This document shows positions 27,201-40,790 of a stretch of 64,000 nucleotides of DNA, in pieces. The stretch is taken from the NCBI RefSeq assembly GCF_000143415.4, contig NW_003314313.1:266418-330417 (forward strand). Direction: 5' to 3'. Position 1 is the first letter of the stretch, and each line of letters opens with the position of its first letter. The notes under the pieces were generated by a model, which was given only the letters and a program-made list of their open reading frames with translations, had not been told where the DNA came from and searched no databases. The position numbers were made by a program, and so were the translations under genes. The stretch is from Selaginella moellendorffii. Its lineage: Eukaryota; Plantae; Lycopodiophyta.

Positions 27201-27404
27201 ACGGTATATGGAACAACTCATGGAACCACCAATAGGCTAACATTAATCCTGCTAACTCAAAATGTAACCTTGAGTTGCTAATGTGCCTCACTCACAAACC
27301 CAAGCGCAAACTCATACTAATGTGCCTCACTCACAAGCCCAAGCACAAACTCACATAATATAGTACAAAAGGTAACCAAAATCCATACCCAAGGAACGAA
27401 TATG

Positions 27405-30400
27405 TGTAAACAACAAATTTTTCCATTCTACTTTAGTCACTTAACCATACTTCCGACCACTTGGAGGAGTCTCACTCACAACCTCCATAAGTCCTATTTC
27501 AGACTTGGCTTGCTAGCCCTAAGAATGGCATCCCCATCATTCAACTTTTGCACTTGGTCTAAGTGCTCCACGTGACCAATCCGATGACCGACACCCCAAA
27601 GTACCAACAACATATCAGCCTGTTACGCTAAGGCCATGCCCCTTTACCTTGGTCACACCGGTGGTCTAACACCACCTGCATCATAGTCCCGTCTCTCAAG
27701 GACAGGGCTATCCGTCCATGAGTGATCATTCAAGATCCACTCTTTAGCATCCTTAGGATGCCCATAGACATAGGGATTAGCCCAATATCCCTTTTTCAGT
27801 CCCCACCAAGTCCTTTTCTACCCATGGCTATGTTCGCCAACACTGCCACTGGATTGAGGCCCACAGGCCCGACCACTAAGTCCCATGGTCCTCTGGGACT
27901 TCCTCACCACCCAATTGTATCCTTGGTCACTACACCAGAGGATTATTCCTCTTCCTTTCCACAGTCTGGGCCTTTGGGACAACATTTCAGAACACTGTGG
28001 CCCTATGCGGGCCTCATGGGTACTCTCCTTGCCTTCCGCCTTTGGGTGCTCTAGCCATGGGCTTAGAGCGAGGTTCCATTGAGCCACACTAGGTATCCAA
28101 GTAGGTAGTGCCACCCACATTTGGACTGGGAGCATCGGCCAGTCGATCTCTCGGGGGAACTAGAGCCGGCTCTTGAACACTTCACCAAGCTACCCCACTT
28201 GTCGGTCCGTGTTCACTCTAGTATTGGACTTCCCAGTGGGCAGCTCATCACCTAACACTGGATAAAGCCTTCTTGGGCCAAATTGGCCTTTCTTGGCCAA
28301 ACTGGCTCCACTACAGTCCTCCCCCTACTATACTTTTGGAGCTCACTAAACCCCCCAGGGTCTGGGAGACGAACGCTTTGGGCTTTCACCCTCTCGGACT
28401 CGGACTCAGACTCGGACTCGGACTCGGACTCGCGCTCGGGCTCGGGCTCGGCAATTTATCCCCCATAAAGGTATATCTAACTTCCTTATGCCATTAAGAA
28501 GTCTTGGGTAGCTACCTTCTACCAATTTAACTAATTATCTTGCACCTTTTGTTTAGTTGCCTCATAGTTGTTAAGTTTTACAACTCATTGCTAGTGCTTC
28601 CACACCTCTATCATTTTTTTGGTCACCATACTCTACCACATGCCTTTCAGCTTAGGCTATGCCATTCTCATTTCCATTGGGATTCCCTTGGCAAGGGGTT
28701 CTTATGAACCCACTAAAATAACCTCAAGGTATCACACCTTGGCATATTTGGTGTCTCTACACCATTGGCCCCACAAGCCTATTTTTATGACACTACTTAC
28801 TAGTGTCTAAGTCTTTGCCAAAACCAATATAGTTGTTTCTCATGCTAACTATCCGTTAGCACCGCACTAGAATGTTTACGGTAACTCTGGGCCAAAGTTG
28901 TTTTCTTCTGGGAATATCTTTCCCACAACTTTAGTATGGCACATTCTACCATTAATGAGATACCTACTGTTCTCATACTTGGATCTTATGATCCTCCCCA
29001 TATCTCATGGGGCACCATACACCTAAGTCCAAATGCTTCAACCAATCCCTTAGGACCATTCCCTGACTCCACTTGAGTCATTCAGCATTTTGGACTTTGC
29101 TAATCCAACAACCTGCAAGGTCTTAATCTTCGAGGTGCCAACTCTCTGGAATATAACTTCTTGTATTCATGTCCTACTCACAAGGACAATCTTTGTAAGT
29201 GTTACTCAGACACTTGATGATTTTCTTAGGGCTAACCTTTGCCCCTTAGGACTATTTGTCCATATGATGAGAATAACAACTCATCTTTAAATACACCCCC
29301 AACTCTTTGGGTTGTTCCAGCATTTATTAGAGGTAGCCTGGCTACCATTTCAAGGGCTAGTGTCCTTTTCTATATTTGACCTCCCACGGTCACTAATTCC
29401 GGTCTCAAATTTATGAGTACCAACCTCAACTATATAAGGGTAATCTTGTGACTCCTTTATTGTTTTGGAGTTCGCATCTTTCCCGTGATCCTAACTGTAG
29501 TTGTTTACCACAACTACATCAGCCAGTTTGCTAAGTCAAACGCTCATTTGGATCACATCCTCAACTTTCTAAGGAAACCCTTATACTGTTCCCAAGATCC
29601 CAAAGTCGTTCCCTTACTGGCCCTTTTCTATCCACCACATCGCACCCAAGTTCACGTATGAACTTGAGTGGAGAGCTATGTTCTCTCGACATGCTACTCT
29701 TCAAGGATAGGCCCACTCCTAGGACCTTCTGATGCCAACATCAATGGTGATATACTTGAGCACCAATAAAAGTCGAACTAAGGAACAGCTCCGATACCAA
29801 GTTGTAAGTGACTAATTTTTCCATTCTACTTTAGTCACTTAACCACACCTCCGACCACTTGGAGGAGTCTCACTCACAACCTCCATAAGTCCTATTTCGG
29901 ACTTGGGCTTGCTAGCCTCGAGAATGGCATCCCCGCCACTCAACCTTTGCACCTGGTCTAAGTGCTCCACATGTCCAATCCCATGACCGACACCCCAAAG
30001 TACCAACAATATATCAGCCTATTATGCTAAGGCCATGCCCCTTTACCTTGGTCACATCAGTGGTCTAACACCACCTGCATCACAGTCCCGTCTCTCAAGG
30101 ACAGTGTAAGCTCCTGAGTTTGGATTTCCCGGGAGGTCACCTAGCCCAGTACTATTCAAACCCAAGGACACTTAACTCCAACTATCCCAAGACCCTTAAC
30201 CGATTAGAAAAGGGGGTGCACTCTTATTCATGGGCCCTTTCCCTCTATATTTGAACCCTATGAATCGTCTCTCAAGTCGTTCTTTTTGGTTGCTTACAGA
30301 CAGGGCCATTCGTCCATGAGTGATCATTCCAGATCCACTCTTTAGCATCCTTAGGATGCCCACAAACATAGGGATTAGCCCAATATCCCTTTTTTGGTCC

Positions 30401-31557
30401 CCACCAAGTCCTTTTCTGCCCATGGCCGTGTTCGCCAACACTGCCACTAGATTGAGGCCCACATGCCCGACCACTAAGTCCCATGGTCCTTTGGGACTTC
30501 CTCACCACCCAATTGTATCCTTGGTCACTACACCAGAGGATTACTCCTCTTCCTTTCCACAGTCTGGGCCTTTGGGACAACATTTCGGAACACCGTGGCC
30601 CTACGCGGGCCTCATGGGTACTCTCCCTACCTTCCGCCTTTGGGTGCTCTAGCCATGGGCTTAGGGCAAGGTTCCGTTGAGCAACACTAGGTATCCAAGT
30701 AGGTAGTGCCACCCACACTTGGATTAGGAGCATCGGCCAGTTGATCTCCCTGGGGAACTAGAGCCGGCTCTTGAACACTTCACCAAGCTACCCCACTTGT
30801 CGGTCCATGTTCACTCTAGTATTGGACTTCCTAGTGGGCAGCTCATCACCCAAAACTAGGTACAACCTTCTTGGGCCAAATTGGCCTTTCCTGGCCAAAC
30901 TGGCTTCACTGTAGTCTTCCCCCTACTATACTTTTGGAGCTCACCAAACCCCCTAGGGTCTGGGACATGAATACTTTGGGCTTTCACCCTCTCAGACTCG
31001 AACTCGGACTCGGACTCGGACTCGGGCTTGGGCTCGGTCTCAGCCTTGGCCTTGGTCTCGGTGTCGGTCCCGGTCTCAGTCTCAGTCTCGGTCTCGGTCT
31101 CGGTCCCGGTCTTGGTCTCAACCTCGGACTCCATCTCAGGTCCTTCTCAGACTCCATCTCGGACTCCATCTCAGACTCCATCTTAGACTCCATCTCGGTC
31201 CATCTCAGACTCCATCTCGGGTCCATCTCAGACTCCATCTCGGACTCTGTTTCGGTCCATCTTGGACTCCATCTCGAACTCCACCTCGGACTCCAACTCA
31301 GGTCCATCTCGAACTCCATCTCAAACACTTCCACGTGTCATGTGTTGGTCCTTTTGGGTCCCTTTTTGGAGCCTCGCTTATTGCTCACTTCGTGCTTGTT
31401 CCTCAAGCACTTTGTTGGGAGTTCCACTCCCACTCTCGACCTTTCAAATCGGAGCTTTCAGTCCAAACGTGTTACACTCGTTTGGCTTTTGCTTCGGCCA
31501 CTACCACGTGGTGCCCTTCTGGCTCCACTTTGGGGCCTAGGGATTTTGTGTCTCACA
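27405..31557 (-). mobile_element. Internally deleted family-B LTR retrotransposon
   Basis: Full 5' LTR 29804-31557, reverse PBS gctccgatacca at ~29788, partial 3' LTR 27405-28450, TSD atatg/atata. Confidence 0.75.
30105..30298 (-). mobile_element. Cassandra-type solo LTR containing a 5S rRNA internal promoter core
   Basis: TG…CA ends, perfect 5-bp TSD gacag, absent from the other family-B LTR copies. The reverse strand reads GTTAAGTGTCCTTGGGTTTGAATAGTACTGGGCTAGGTGACCTCCCGGGAAATCC, matching 5S box A-IE-box C. Confidence 0.88.
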
Positions 31558-34500
31558 ATATAAAGCCTTTGCACCCAAACATGTACCCACTAGAATCATC
31601 ATTTTCATCTCTGCGTATGCAATGAGACTAATTGCTCAATCTCATTGGATAATACTTGCCGAGACTCATCCTCTGATACCAAATGCAGCACACGTGGTTT
31701 TCACCCTTTATCCTATGGTGATTTGCCATAGGACAACCACGAAGTGGAACTTAAACCCTCTATGTGCCATATGTCACATGTGACGTGTCCAAAAGATAGT
31801 GGTGTGGAACTTGAGTTTCAAAGCCTTGGGCCACTGAATGAAAGAATGGACAATCGTTCTTTTTTGTTTATGCAGTTGCTACCTTCACTAAACACAATGT
31901 GACAAAATTGGATATTCAAGAATAGTCAAGTATATTTTATTATTTAACCAATTAAATCTCAAAATGCTAAAAGTGTTATATTTTAAGTTTTGAATTATAT
32001 AAGCTATATTTAATTAATAGTGTTTATAATTTCATGATTATAAATTAAACAACTAGGCTCTGTACAATGCTGTCATTTGCATCAAAATCAATCACACACA
32101 TCAATCAAACTCCAAGATGACCTTAGGCTGGCCATTGTTGTAATTCACCATCACCACATAGAGCTTGGGCTTCCAAGATTGATTTCCTCGCCACTCTTGA
32201 CCCTAGGCAAGACATTTGCAGCACACGAGAAGCTCTTGCTTGTGGTGTCAAATGTGAAAAGATTCGGGGAGTGCAAGAAATCCTTGCAAAGCAGCTTGCT
32301 ACCAATCACCATAGGCTTTGACAAAACCCCAAACTCTCTGGAGTATTCAGAATATTCTTCTCATGGGTGTTTATACACCTTTCTCCATCTGATTCTAAAG
32401 GTATTCTGGTTTAATGTCATAATTTCTATGAACATTTTAAAATGTGATTAATCTCAATATAAAATTATGTTAGAACTATATAATTATACAACATATCATA
32501 CTTCTTATCAGAGAATAAAGAAATAAAGTAAAAGTGAATTTTTTTGAATATGTCAACTTAAATGTATATCGACATATAGAAATCTTAAAATAATGAGAAT
32601 ATTAAATAAGATATTTATTAAGATGAACTTTTAAGTTTTTCAAGTTGTTATGACTTTCATTGGAGTACACCTAGAATATTTTAGCATATTTTAAGAAATA
32701 TTCCTCAATCCAATTTTCTCCTTCAAGTTTTAATGATAATGTTCTTACTTATCACTAATCAAGAACTTTGAAATGGAGTAAAAAAAATGATGCATACCTT
32801 TGAGGCTCTTTGCCTTCATAAAAAATGTTAAAACTAATTTTTCTCTTCATGTTTTTTTCTCTATATGATGGTCATAAGTTTTCAAATTCCTTTCTATGTC
32901 TTTTGTAAAAGGGCAAATGCAAAGAGTAACTGCAACAAGTGGCCTGGATTATTCTCAGCACAAAAGATCTCCTATTCTTGCAAAATTTTCAAACCCTAAA
33001 CCCTAAACCCTAAATTTCATCATTGTGAAGCTTAGGACTTTGGTGCTTCAGATTCACTTAAACTCTTAAAACTAAACACATCTTTTTTCTTGCTATTTTT
33101 TTCTCCTGCACAAGGTTGGGTTTTGTTTATGTGATCACAGTGAGAATTGGAATTTAAGTTCAACTCAGAGGAAAGCTTACATATGTTTCTTCCCATTCTT
33201 TGAGCATTAAAATGAGTTTTGAGTGTGTTGTACATGTAAAATGTACATGTACATGTAAAATGTAGCTAGATAAAGAGGAATTCATGACCAAAGAAAATCT
33301 GTTCTTGTGCTATGAGTCTCACTATTTATTTAAACAATCCAATGATAGGCAAATATGAAGCTAAAATCACAGGTGAATATCTTAAGATATTATGAGTAAC
33401 TTAAAAATTAGTTTTAAATCAACAGTTGTAATTATATAACAATAAACCATTTCTAATTTATTTTTAATAAAGGTTTATTGCTATTAACCTTTATTTAGAA
33501 AACAGATGCTATTAAATTTTCTTGGTATATTACTAATATTTATTACTTATAATAATCTCTGTTTCACATAATAATAATAATTAAATATTGCATTACTTGC
33601 TAGTATTCATAAGAATTAGTTTTTTATTAAGAAATTCTATTTCTTGAATAAAAAATTATGAAAACCAAAGAAAAGAAAGTATTTTCTAAGGGCAACAAAT
33701 TATTTTAACATGGGCATGAATATGTCTTTGTACACTTGATACTATAAATATATTGATTAGTTTCCTTTTATCCTTCATCCCACTTGTATATATATATGTA
33801 TCTTTCATCCCACATGTATATATGTATACATGTATTACATTTATTATTACATGTAAGAAATAATAGTAGAGTAAAAAATAAAACACAAAACATAACATAT
33901 TTCAACTATAACTTACTTGGGTAGTTTGAGTCAAGAGCTTTTTATCCATCAAATTTTATGTGAGTTTTAGCTGTCTTATGTTTAATATTAATATAAGTTT
34001 TTTTAACATTTAATTATAATTATCGTTATAATTAAATTATAATTACATTTAACTAATAAATTTAAGTTATAATTATTCTTAATGAAATATTCATGATATA
34101 TTACTAATTTTAAAATATTTCAGCAGTTTTAATATAATCTAAAAGTCTCATTATAACAAAAAGGGTTTTGCAAAAAAGAAAACCAAAAAGATAAATTGGT
34201 AGAGCTGGAATGAGAAAAACAAGATTACTAAGAGCTCCACAAATTCCTTCCAGCTCTTCACCCAATCAAGCAAGCCAGTGAGGAAGCCCATGGGAGCATA
34301 GTGAGCTCTTGGAAGTTTGGTCATTAAGAAGATTCTATAATAACACTATTCAATTGAAACAACATTAATAACAACACCAACAAGAAAAGCAGCATCCAAT
34401 ATAAATGAAATAATAATTCATTTTGCATTTGCCAACACAAACCAAAACACACCTAAATGAAGAATATTATATATTACCATCAGAATAATTGAAAAATATG

Positions 34501-34864
34501 AGAGATAAATTTTAAAATATACAATTATTAGTAATATATGAAGGCATAAACATGCTAAAGCAAATAGATAATAGATGTGACCAATTAAAATGTGCATATA
34601 TGATAAAATTTGGTCGTTTGGATTGTATATTTGTAAGTGATTAATATCAATTACATGGGGAATCCCCTCCAAAAATGCTTGATTTTGCTTTATATATAGA
34701 AAATAGAATAGAATATTTAATTATTCTACGTTGAGATTAAAAATTAAAATCATGGATAATTTACTTAATATATAGAAAATTAAATATAATATTTAACATA
34801 ATTTGCAAAGTTTGAATTTTTTTTTTTCCAAATATACATATTAATATATTTTAACATTCTTCCT

Positions 34865-36193
34865 TTAGCCAGCTTGGAAACTTAGGCCATCTTTCATGTC
34901 CTGTACCAAAGTCTCGAATAACTTGTCATCCCTGGTAGTTGTGGACTCCAGTGACTTCATAACATGCTCCAGCCCCCCATGGCAAGCCTTAGGAAGCAGT
35001 TCCCACCATTTCTCCCAACTCGGGCCATTCACCGGCAGCAATCCCGCAGATTTGATGAAGCTACAGTTTTCCGTGTGTCGGGCAATAAATGCCATAGCTG
35101 CCGTCCTGTTACCAAATACCACCCTCGTCTTCAACTTGACATCAAACTGCTCTTTGGCCTTCCGGGCAAAACCCAAGTTCCCATTCTTGGACCCCTTCAC
35201 CATGTCGGCAACTAGCCCCACAAAATTGGCACATGTGAAAAACACCTGCCCATACACTGAAACGTTGGGGAGCCACAAGATGCTAGCTATGGAGTATGCA
35301 TAGAGCATCACACCCGATAAGAGCAGCGCTAGCTTTCCAGGGAGTTTATCTTCTTGCTTGAGGCTCCGTTGGAAGAGTCCCTGAACCGAAGCCTCAGTGC
35401 CTTCGACAATGTGGAATGTGTCACTGTTCAAACTGTAAACGAGGCAGTCTCCCCTCTCTGGCGCACCCGCAGCAATACTTGGGTCGTCATATTTGAACAC
35501 GAGCATCGACTGTGTTGTCCACACGGCAAGTGCCATCCCGAGAGCACCCAGTGCAATGAGGCCTCCTATGAACCACTCCATGGCAACGCAAGCCATGCAG
35601 ACGATCCCTGCCGTGAGAACAAGTGGCAGCCAGCCCAATAGGAGGCCGTCTATACACTTCCCCTTGAGCTGAGCTCGAGCACCACTTGTAGTGCCTGTCA
35701 GCGATAAGACCAAGACCTCGACACTTCGACTAGCGTTTCTACCTTGTATTTTCGGTGGAGTGGCACGCTTCCACAGCCGCTTGTGCTCACTGATAAGACT
35801 GGCGCCCACAGTGTTGAGCACGGGGCATTTGGTGTTGGAATGGAGGCCCAAGTACTGGAAGCCTTGAGGGCATTCCACGTGAGGAGCAGGAGAGTTGCCA
35901 AGGGCCAATAGCTGCGCAAAACGCAGGCCAGTCATCTGGAGGAAAGATGTAGCGAGTGAGAGGCTTCCTGGGCCTACATGGCCTGTGATGCTGAAGGCAT
36001 CGTTCATAGATGAGAATGCGAAGCTCTTCCTTGCAGATTCGGTGCCCAGTGCAGAGATTAGACCCACCAGATCCAGCTTCTTTTGATCGATAGACTTGAG
36101 ATTATCCGCTGATCCGGCCTCGACTGCCGGAAATTGTGAGAGGAGCAGCGTGGTGACTTGAAGGACAAGAGATGAGGCCCACTTCCGCAGCAT
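34865..36193 (-). CDS. Uncharacterised multi-pass membrane protein, paralog A (frame open up to 36319)
   Basis: Intronless ORF in an AT-rich context with a signal-like N-terminus and several hydrophobic helices; extensive identity with 42628-44067 (KLDLxGL, NDAFSxTGHVGPGSLSLAT, CPVLNTVGAS, KGSKNGNLG). Confidence 0.85.
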   Translation of the reverse strand: MLRKWASSLVLQVTTLLLSQFPAVEAGSADNLKSIDQKKLDLVGLISALGTESARKSFAFSSMNDAFSITGHVGPGSLSLATSFLQMTGLRFAQLLALGNSPAPHVECPQGFQYLGLHSNTKCPVLNTVGASLISEHKRLWKRATPPKIQGRNASRSVEVLVLSLTGTTSGARAQLKGKCIDGLLLGWLPLVLTAGIVCMACVAMEWFIGGLIALGALGMALAVWTTQSMLVFKYDDPSIAAGAPERGDCLVYSLNSDTFHIVEGTEASVQGLFQRSLKQEDKLPGKLALLLSGVMLYAYSIASILWLPNVSVYGQVFFTCANFVGLVADMVKGSKNGNLGFARKAKEQFDVKLKTRVVFGNRTAAMAFIARHTENCSFIKSAGLLPVNGPSWEKWWELLPKACHGGLEHVMKSLESTTTRDDKLFETLVQDMKDGLSFQAG

Positions 36194-36519
36194 GGTGCTT
36201 GATTTCTCACAACCCCAGCCCCGCGCACTTGACACGGTTAGTTTGCAGAATCCAGCCCCCCTTGTTTTTCCAATGCCTCCCTGTAGCCAGAATGAGCTAG
36301 AATTTGCAAATTCTTGCACGGATTCAAGCTGCTCGTTGCATTCTATCTGTGCTGGAGCTAAGAAAGCTCAAGTACACCACTTGGATTTCCATTAGGAAGT
36401 GGATGAAATTGGGGCAAAGGGGGGATGGCAAAGACCTCTCTTTGACACAAACTTGATTTCGCTTTCTCTGTCCCCATGGCTATGTTCATGTGTGACTCAC
36501 ATTGACATCGTTGCCTTTA

Positions 36520-36991
36520 GGTTGCCTTTAGGCCCACCAGGTGTGGAAGATATCTATTTCATTAAGCCACTATATGAGCTTTGTATGATATATATCACTG
36601 TAGGCCATGGTGGCTGTTGCTGGTGATGATTTGGAAATGCATCATAGGGAGGAGGACAATCAATTTCATGTTCCCCTTGTATGATGATCACATTGGATTC
36701 CTTCCTGACTGTTCTTATCCTCCGCAGCCTCATCTTTTTTAACAGAATTTCCAGGAGACTTCAACAAATCCATGTATTCTTGCAAGATTTCTCAAATTTC
36801 TCAGCTTGATCAAAATTTCCTGTATGATGATATCCATTTTCTGGACAGCACCTGCAAATTACAAGAGCCCTTTAAAATCACTTTCCATCCACTAAAATAT
36901 ATCCCATCAGGTGTCCTTGTGAATAATCCTTCGCTGCTAGTGTGGCACTTACTGCACGTTTTCATACTCTTCACAAACCGAATCGAAAGGA
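36520..36991 (+). repeat. ~480-bp direct repeat, copy 1 (copy 2 at 44640-45127)
   Basis: Colinear match from taggcccaccaggtgtg to gaaaggag. Confidence 0.9.
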
Positions 36992-37094
36992 GTATCACCA
37001 TGGATGCAATGTTTCCTCACTACCAAATCTATAATATTAGCAAGTAATAATAAGCATAACACAATAAATTTAATACTCAATTACTTAATTAAAT

Positions 37095-39183
37095 TCACCT
37101 AACTGTGGACTGAACCTTAGGAAGGTGATCGTAATCAATCTTTCCACTAGCTTTCATCTCCCTGTATTGTGGAAGAGCTCTGAGATGGCCAATTTTCCGC
37201 AACTTGTTGTGGCTGTCTCCCAAACATATCATGAAGAGCAAAACTTTCTCCACAACGGGGCTGTTGTTCAAGTAACGTGTCTCAAGAGAGGTTCCCAACA
37301 GCAGCAGCGAGACATTGGAAGTGCATCCGTTTGCAAAGTCCTGGTTCGGCACAAGGAGCCAACCTCGCAGGTAGTGCGATGGGTAGACATAGTTGTTCTT
37401 ACCACATGCCAGCAAATGTGGCCAGAAGGCTCGTCCCTGAAACTCGTCACCCAGCTCTTGAGATGAGTGGAAGGGCAATGCATGGCCCTGGTCCTTCATG
37501 TCGAGCACCCAAACCTCATCAGAAGCAGCTCTGAAGCAGTTATCGTGCTTCGGGTTCGAGTTGCAGCACGAGCAACAGCCTTTCCCATTTATCCTGTTCG
37601 TCACGTGTGTACAACTCCCACGGTGCTCCTCAAGTGGCAGAAGCCTTGCAGATATGAAACCGCATGTCAATGTGAGAGAGCCATCGACGCCCACGCTCAC
37701 AGATTCCACCATGCTTTTGAAGTCCACCATGTTGCTCAGACCCTCGATGGTGTCACCTTGAACAATATGACGAAGTACCTCGTTACGAGGAAGGCTCTTT
37801 CGGAAGATGGGCATCCAAGTTGGCTCTGGGCTTCGCTCCTCTGTCGAATTTATGAGTTTAGTCACAGCTTCTAGCATCACTTGAACAATATAGCGAAGCA
37901 CCTTAAGGCTGTTCCGGAAGATGGGTGTCCAAGTTGGCTCTGGGCTTCGCTCCTCTGTCGAATTTATGAGTTTGGGCCCAGCTACAGCTACTAGCATCTT
38001 GATTAGATCGTCAAGGTTGCAGCTAACCATCCCCCGTGTCAGCTCCACCAATTGCTGATTGAGTGTCCTGCCAACTTCGATTCGTTGGACACCATCTTCA
38101 CCTGTTACCCCGAGCAAACCGAGCATGCAAAGCGCCCGATCCTCTTCTAATTTGCAATCTCGATCAGCAATCTCCTTGACAAGGCCAACAGTGCCACCAT
38201 GGCAGGTGAGCCCAAGGCGGGTACCAAAGTCAAAGATATCACTGCTTTCCCCGCTGATTATGAACGCCAAGGGAATGTAGGCATTTCTGTCCATGAAGTA
38301 GAGATTCTCGCAAGATGTTCGAGCTAAGCGACCACGGGTGCACTTGTAGTCCGACTGCTGCAATGCCTTCCAAAAGTTGGCTTCGTCTTCCTGAGCAGAA
38401 CGTTGTTCTTGTTCATATGGTCCTGAGGTACTACCCCAAGACCAGCCATTGCTGCCTTTACACGCACACGTCTTCTCAACATGTATCTTCTTGACAAAGT
38501 TCACGACACTCTTCAACTGCGACTGATCCATCTCGACTATGAAGGTGAGATTTTGGGGTAGTATAAACTCCTGCAGAGTCCAAGCTCTAGAGAACCATAC
38601 CGGAGGCTGGCCGTCGTCAGCCACTGCCTTGAAACCAGATCCAAGGCCATGAAGACTAACGTAGCAACCCAGTGTAAGCGAGTAGAATTCTCCCATTCGC
38701 AATATCTCTCTCTCCTTTTCCTTCTTATCGAGCTGGTTGATGCACAGTGTGTCAAGCCAAACCAGGTCCACTCCATCCTCCTGGAGCACTTCGAGAAACT
38801 GGATCAAGCCTTTGTATCCCTTGTTACGTTGCAGGCCAGCATACTTTAGCGCTTCTTCGTAGCTGATCCTGCTCTGCCTTCTTTCCATTACCTGGGCCAC
38901 GTCCTTAGACAAGTCCTCGATGTCGCAGGTCCACCTGTGAGAAACTATGTGAAATTCCCAACTGTTCACAGCGCTAAAAATAACGCCTCCAGTAGCACGG
39001 CTGCACTCGGTTGTGCCCTTGACATTTATCACCCGCAGTGGAAACGCTTGAAGCTTGAGGTTCTTGATTTTCTGAAATGCAGAACCTTGGATGGAACACT
39101 AAGTCAGCAACAAACAAAAACCTTAAGAAACTTGAGTTACCTTCGAACTTGGTGAAGTCTGCCTTTGGGATCAAAGTTGACAT
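37095..39183 (-). CDS. HET (heterokaryon incompatibility) domain protein, ~677 aa, 2 exons
   Basis: HET motifs PLRVINV, IVSHRW, VWLDTLCINQ, EILRMGEFY, WFSRAWTLQE and RDCKLEEDRALCMLGLLGV. Predicted exon 1 39183-39141, 55-nt intron 39140-39086 and exon 2 39085-37095 give one frame. Confidence 0.88.
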
Positions 39184-40314
39184 TGAATCTGCTTAAATAT
39201 ACTGAGCTTGAAATCTAGCACTACTCAATTAGCCATGGCAGTGCCTGTGAAGGAATCCACTGTCGTATTGTCATTTGATCAAAATATAAACCTTACCTTA
39301 CTAGCTTAAGGAGATATGCCGCATGTACCTGCTGCGGGTAATGGATCAAAACGAGCTACATCATAAAGCAAATGCACGGAACCTTCTTGCACCGCTGCAG
39401 CAGTCCCCACGAAATGCTTGAGAACTGGTTCTGCCCCAAAACGCACAGTAACCCAAGTTAGATATCTCTCGTTTGACGCTTGAGGGTTTGGGATTTTCTA
39501 AAATGCAGAGGAACACAATGCTAATTTCGGAAACTTCGGTTACCTTAGAGCTTGGTGAAGTTGGACATTCTGCCCCATTGTTCTGAAACTTCTGATCCAA
39601 GCCCTTAAATACTAAAACCTAGCACTAGTTACAGGCACCTGTAAAGCTGAAGCAATGGTCCTTCAAGATGCCACAATTAAATTGCTTGTGAACCAAGTAG
39701 ACTAGATTCTCTTTAACGTCCCGATCTACCCACATCTGGTAGAATTTTATTGTAACAATTACTATCAACCACTGATTCACCATGCAATACATGAACGAAA
39801 CAGTTACTATCGGCCCGTTTAATAATGAATGGGGCTGGCGTGAAGCTTAATGAGATAAATCCAGAATGGCTGGAGCACACTGAAGAGTTCTAAAGATCCC
39901 AGCCTAGCTGATGACTTGGCACATATCTTTAGAGCGAACAGGGATGCATGGAGATATGAGGGAATTAGTATCCCGCTGGACGTCTAATTTATGAATTGAA
40001 GTTTAGTTATTTTCATGGGACTCAGTCATGTCCTTCCAAATGAATGCAGAAACAAGACAGTCCCCAAATCGGCAACCGTGATCATCGGCGTGCATGCACG
40101 TGATGGAAGTTGGAAGCTCTGAATTTGACTCCGACGACCATTGTTGCCCATGGTCCACCCTTCCAACGGTCCACAGGCTATCAAATCCGATGGTCTCCTA
40201 CTACTCGTAAATCCAGATCAAAGTTTTCTTCAGGTTCAAGCATCTCTGTAGCACTCATGGATGCCAGAGTGGATACCACATACAAGTTACGGACTGGAGC
40301 ATAAAGTTGGGGGA

Positions 40315-40790
40315 TCAATTCGCACATGAGCACCTTCGGTCTTCAAACACATGGCATGCTTTTGTCCTTGCAGACGATCCTCCACCGCTCCAGTAAATGT
40401 ATGCACATTTGCAGATTCTTCACAAACCGAAGCCTGTGTTTTCGCCAAGGCAAAAGCCAGAGCCAGCTTTCCATAATGGCCGTATTCTTTCTCGCACCTG
40501 TTCTCTTCGATGCTTCATCATAGCCACGCTCTTGCCTTTTTCAGGACAGGTCTTCAAGCTTCGCACCTATTGATCCATCGTCCACCTTTTGTACCTCATC
40601 ACTGCTTGACACACCATTACTGCATGGCTTCCAGATGCTAGAACTAGAGATTCAAACGCCAGCTGTCCGATTTCGAGATTGTTCCACTTCTGTCATGCAG
40701 CTAAGAAGGTTTTCCATATTACCAGCGATGGTTTATGAGGCATACTTCCCAGCATCTCCAAAGCTTTGTCCAGTTGGTTGGCTCGGAAGC
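40315..40790 (-). pseudogene. PPR E-DYW domain relic
   Basis: RANQLDKALEMLGSMPHKPSLVIWKTFLAA*QKWNNLEIG, then decayed KLALAFAL, LRFVKNLQMC and HVFED…CSC segments. Confidence 0.65.

Noticed and set aside
30121-30178. 5S rRNA gene
   Set aside because: Only the internal promoter core is present, inside a TG…CA element with a TSD; it is a Cassandra LTR.
30856-31625. Long ORFs (up to 230 aa) with GL/ES/TE repeats; similar ORFs at 22682-23299
   Set aside because: They arise from 6- and 12-bp minisatellites inside family-B LTRs and are open in several frames.
32077-32451. 124-aa ORF or possible minus-strand gene relic
   Set aside because: No motif I can support, and the minus-strand frame has stops.
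32991-33013. (AAACCCT)3 telomere-like tract
   Set aside because: Too short to indicate a telomere or fusion site; at most a telo-box.
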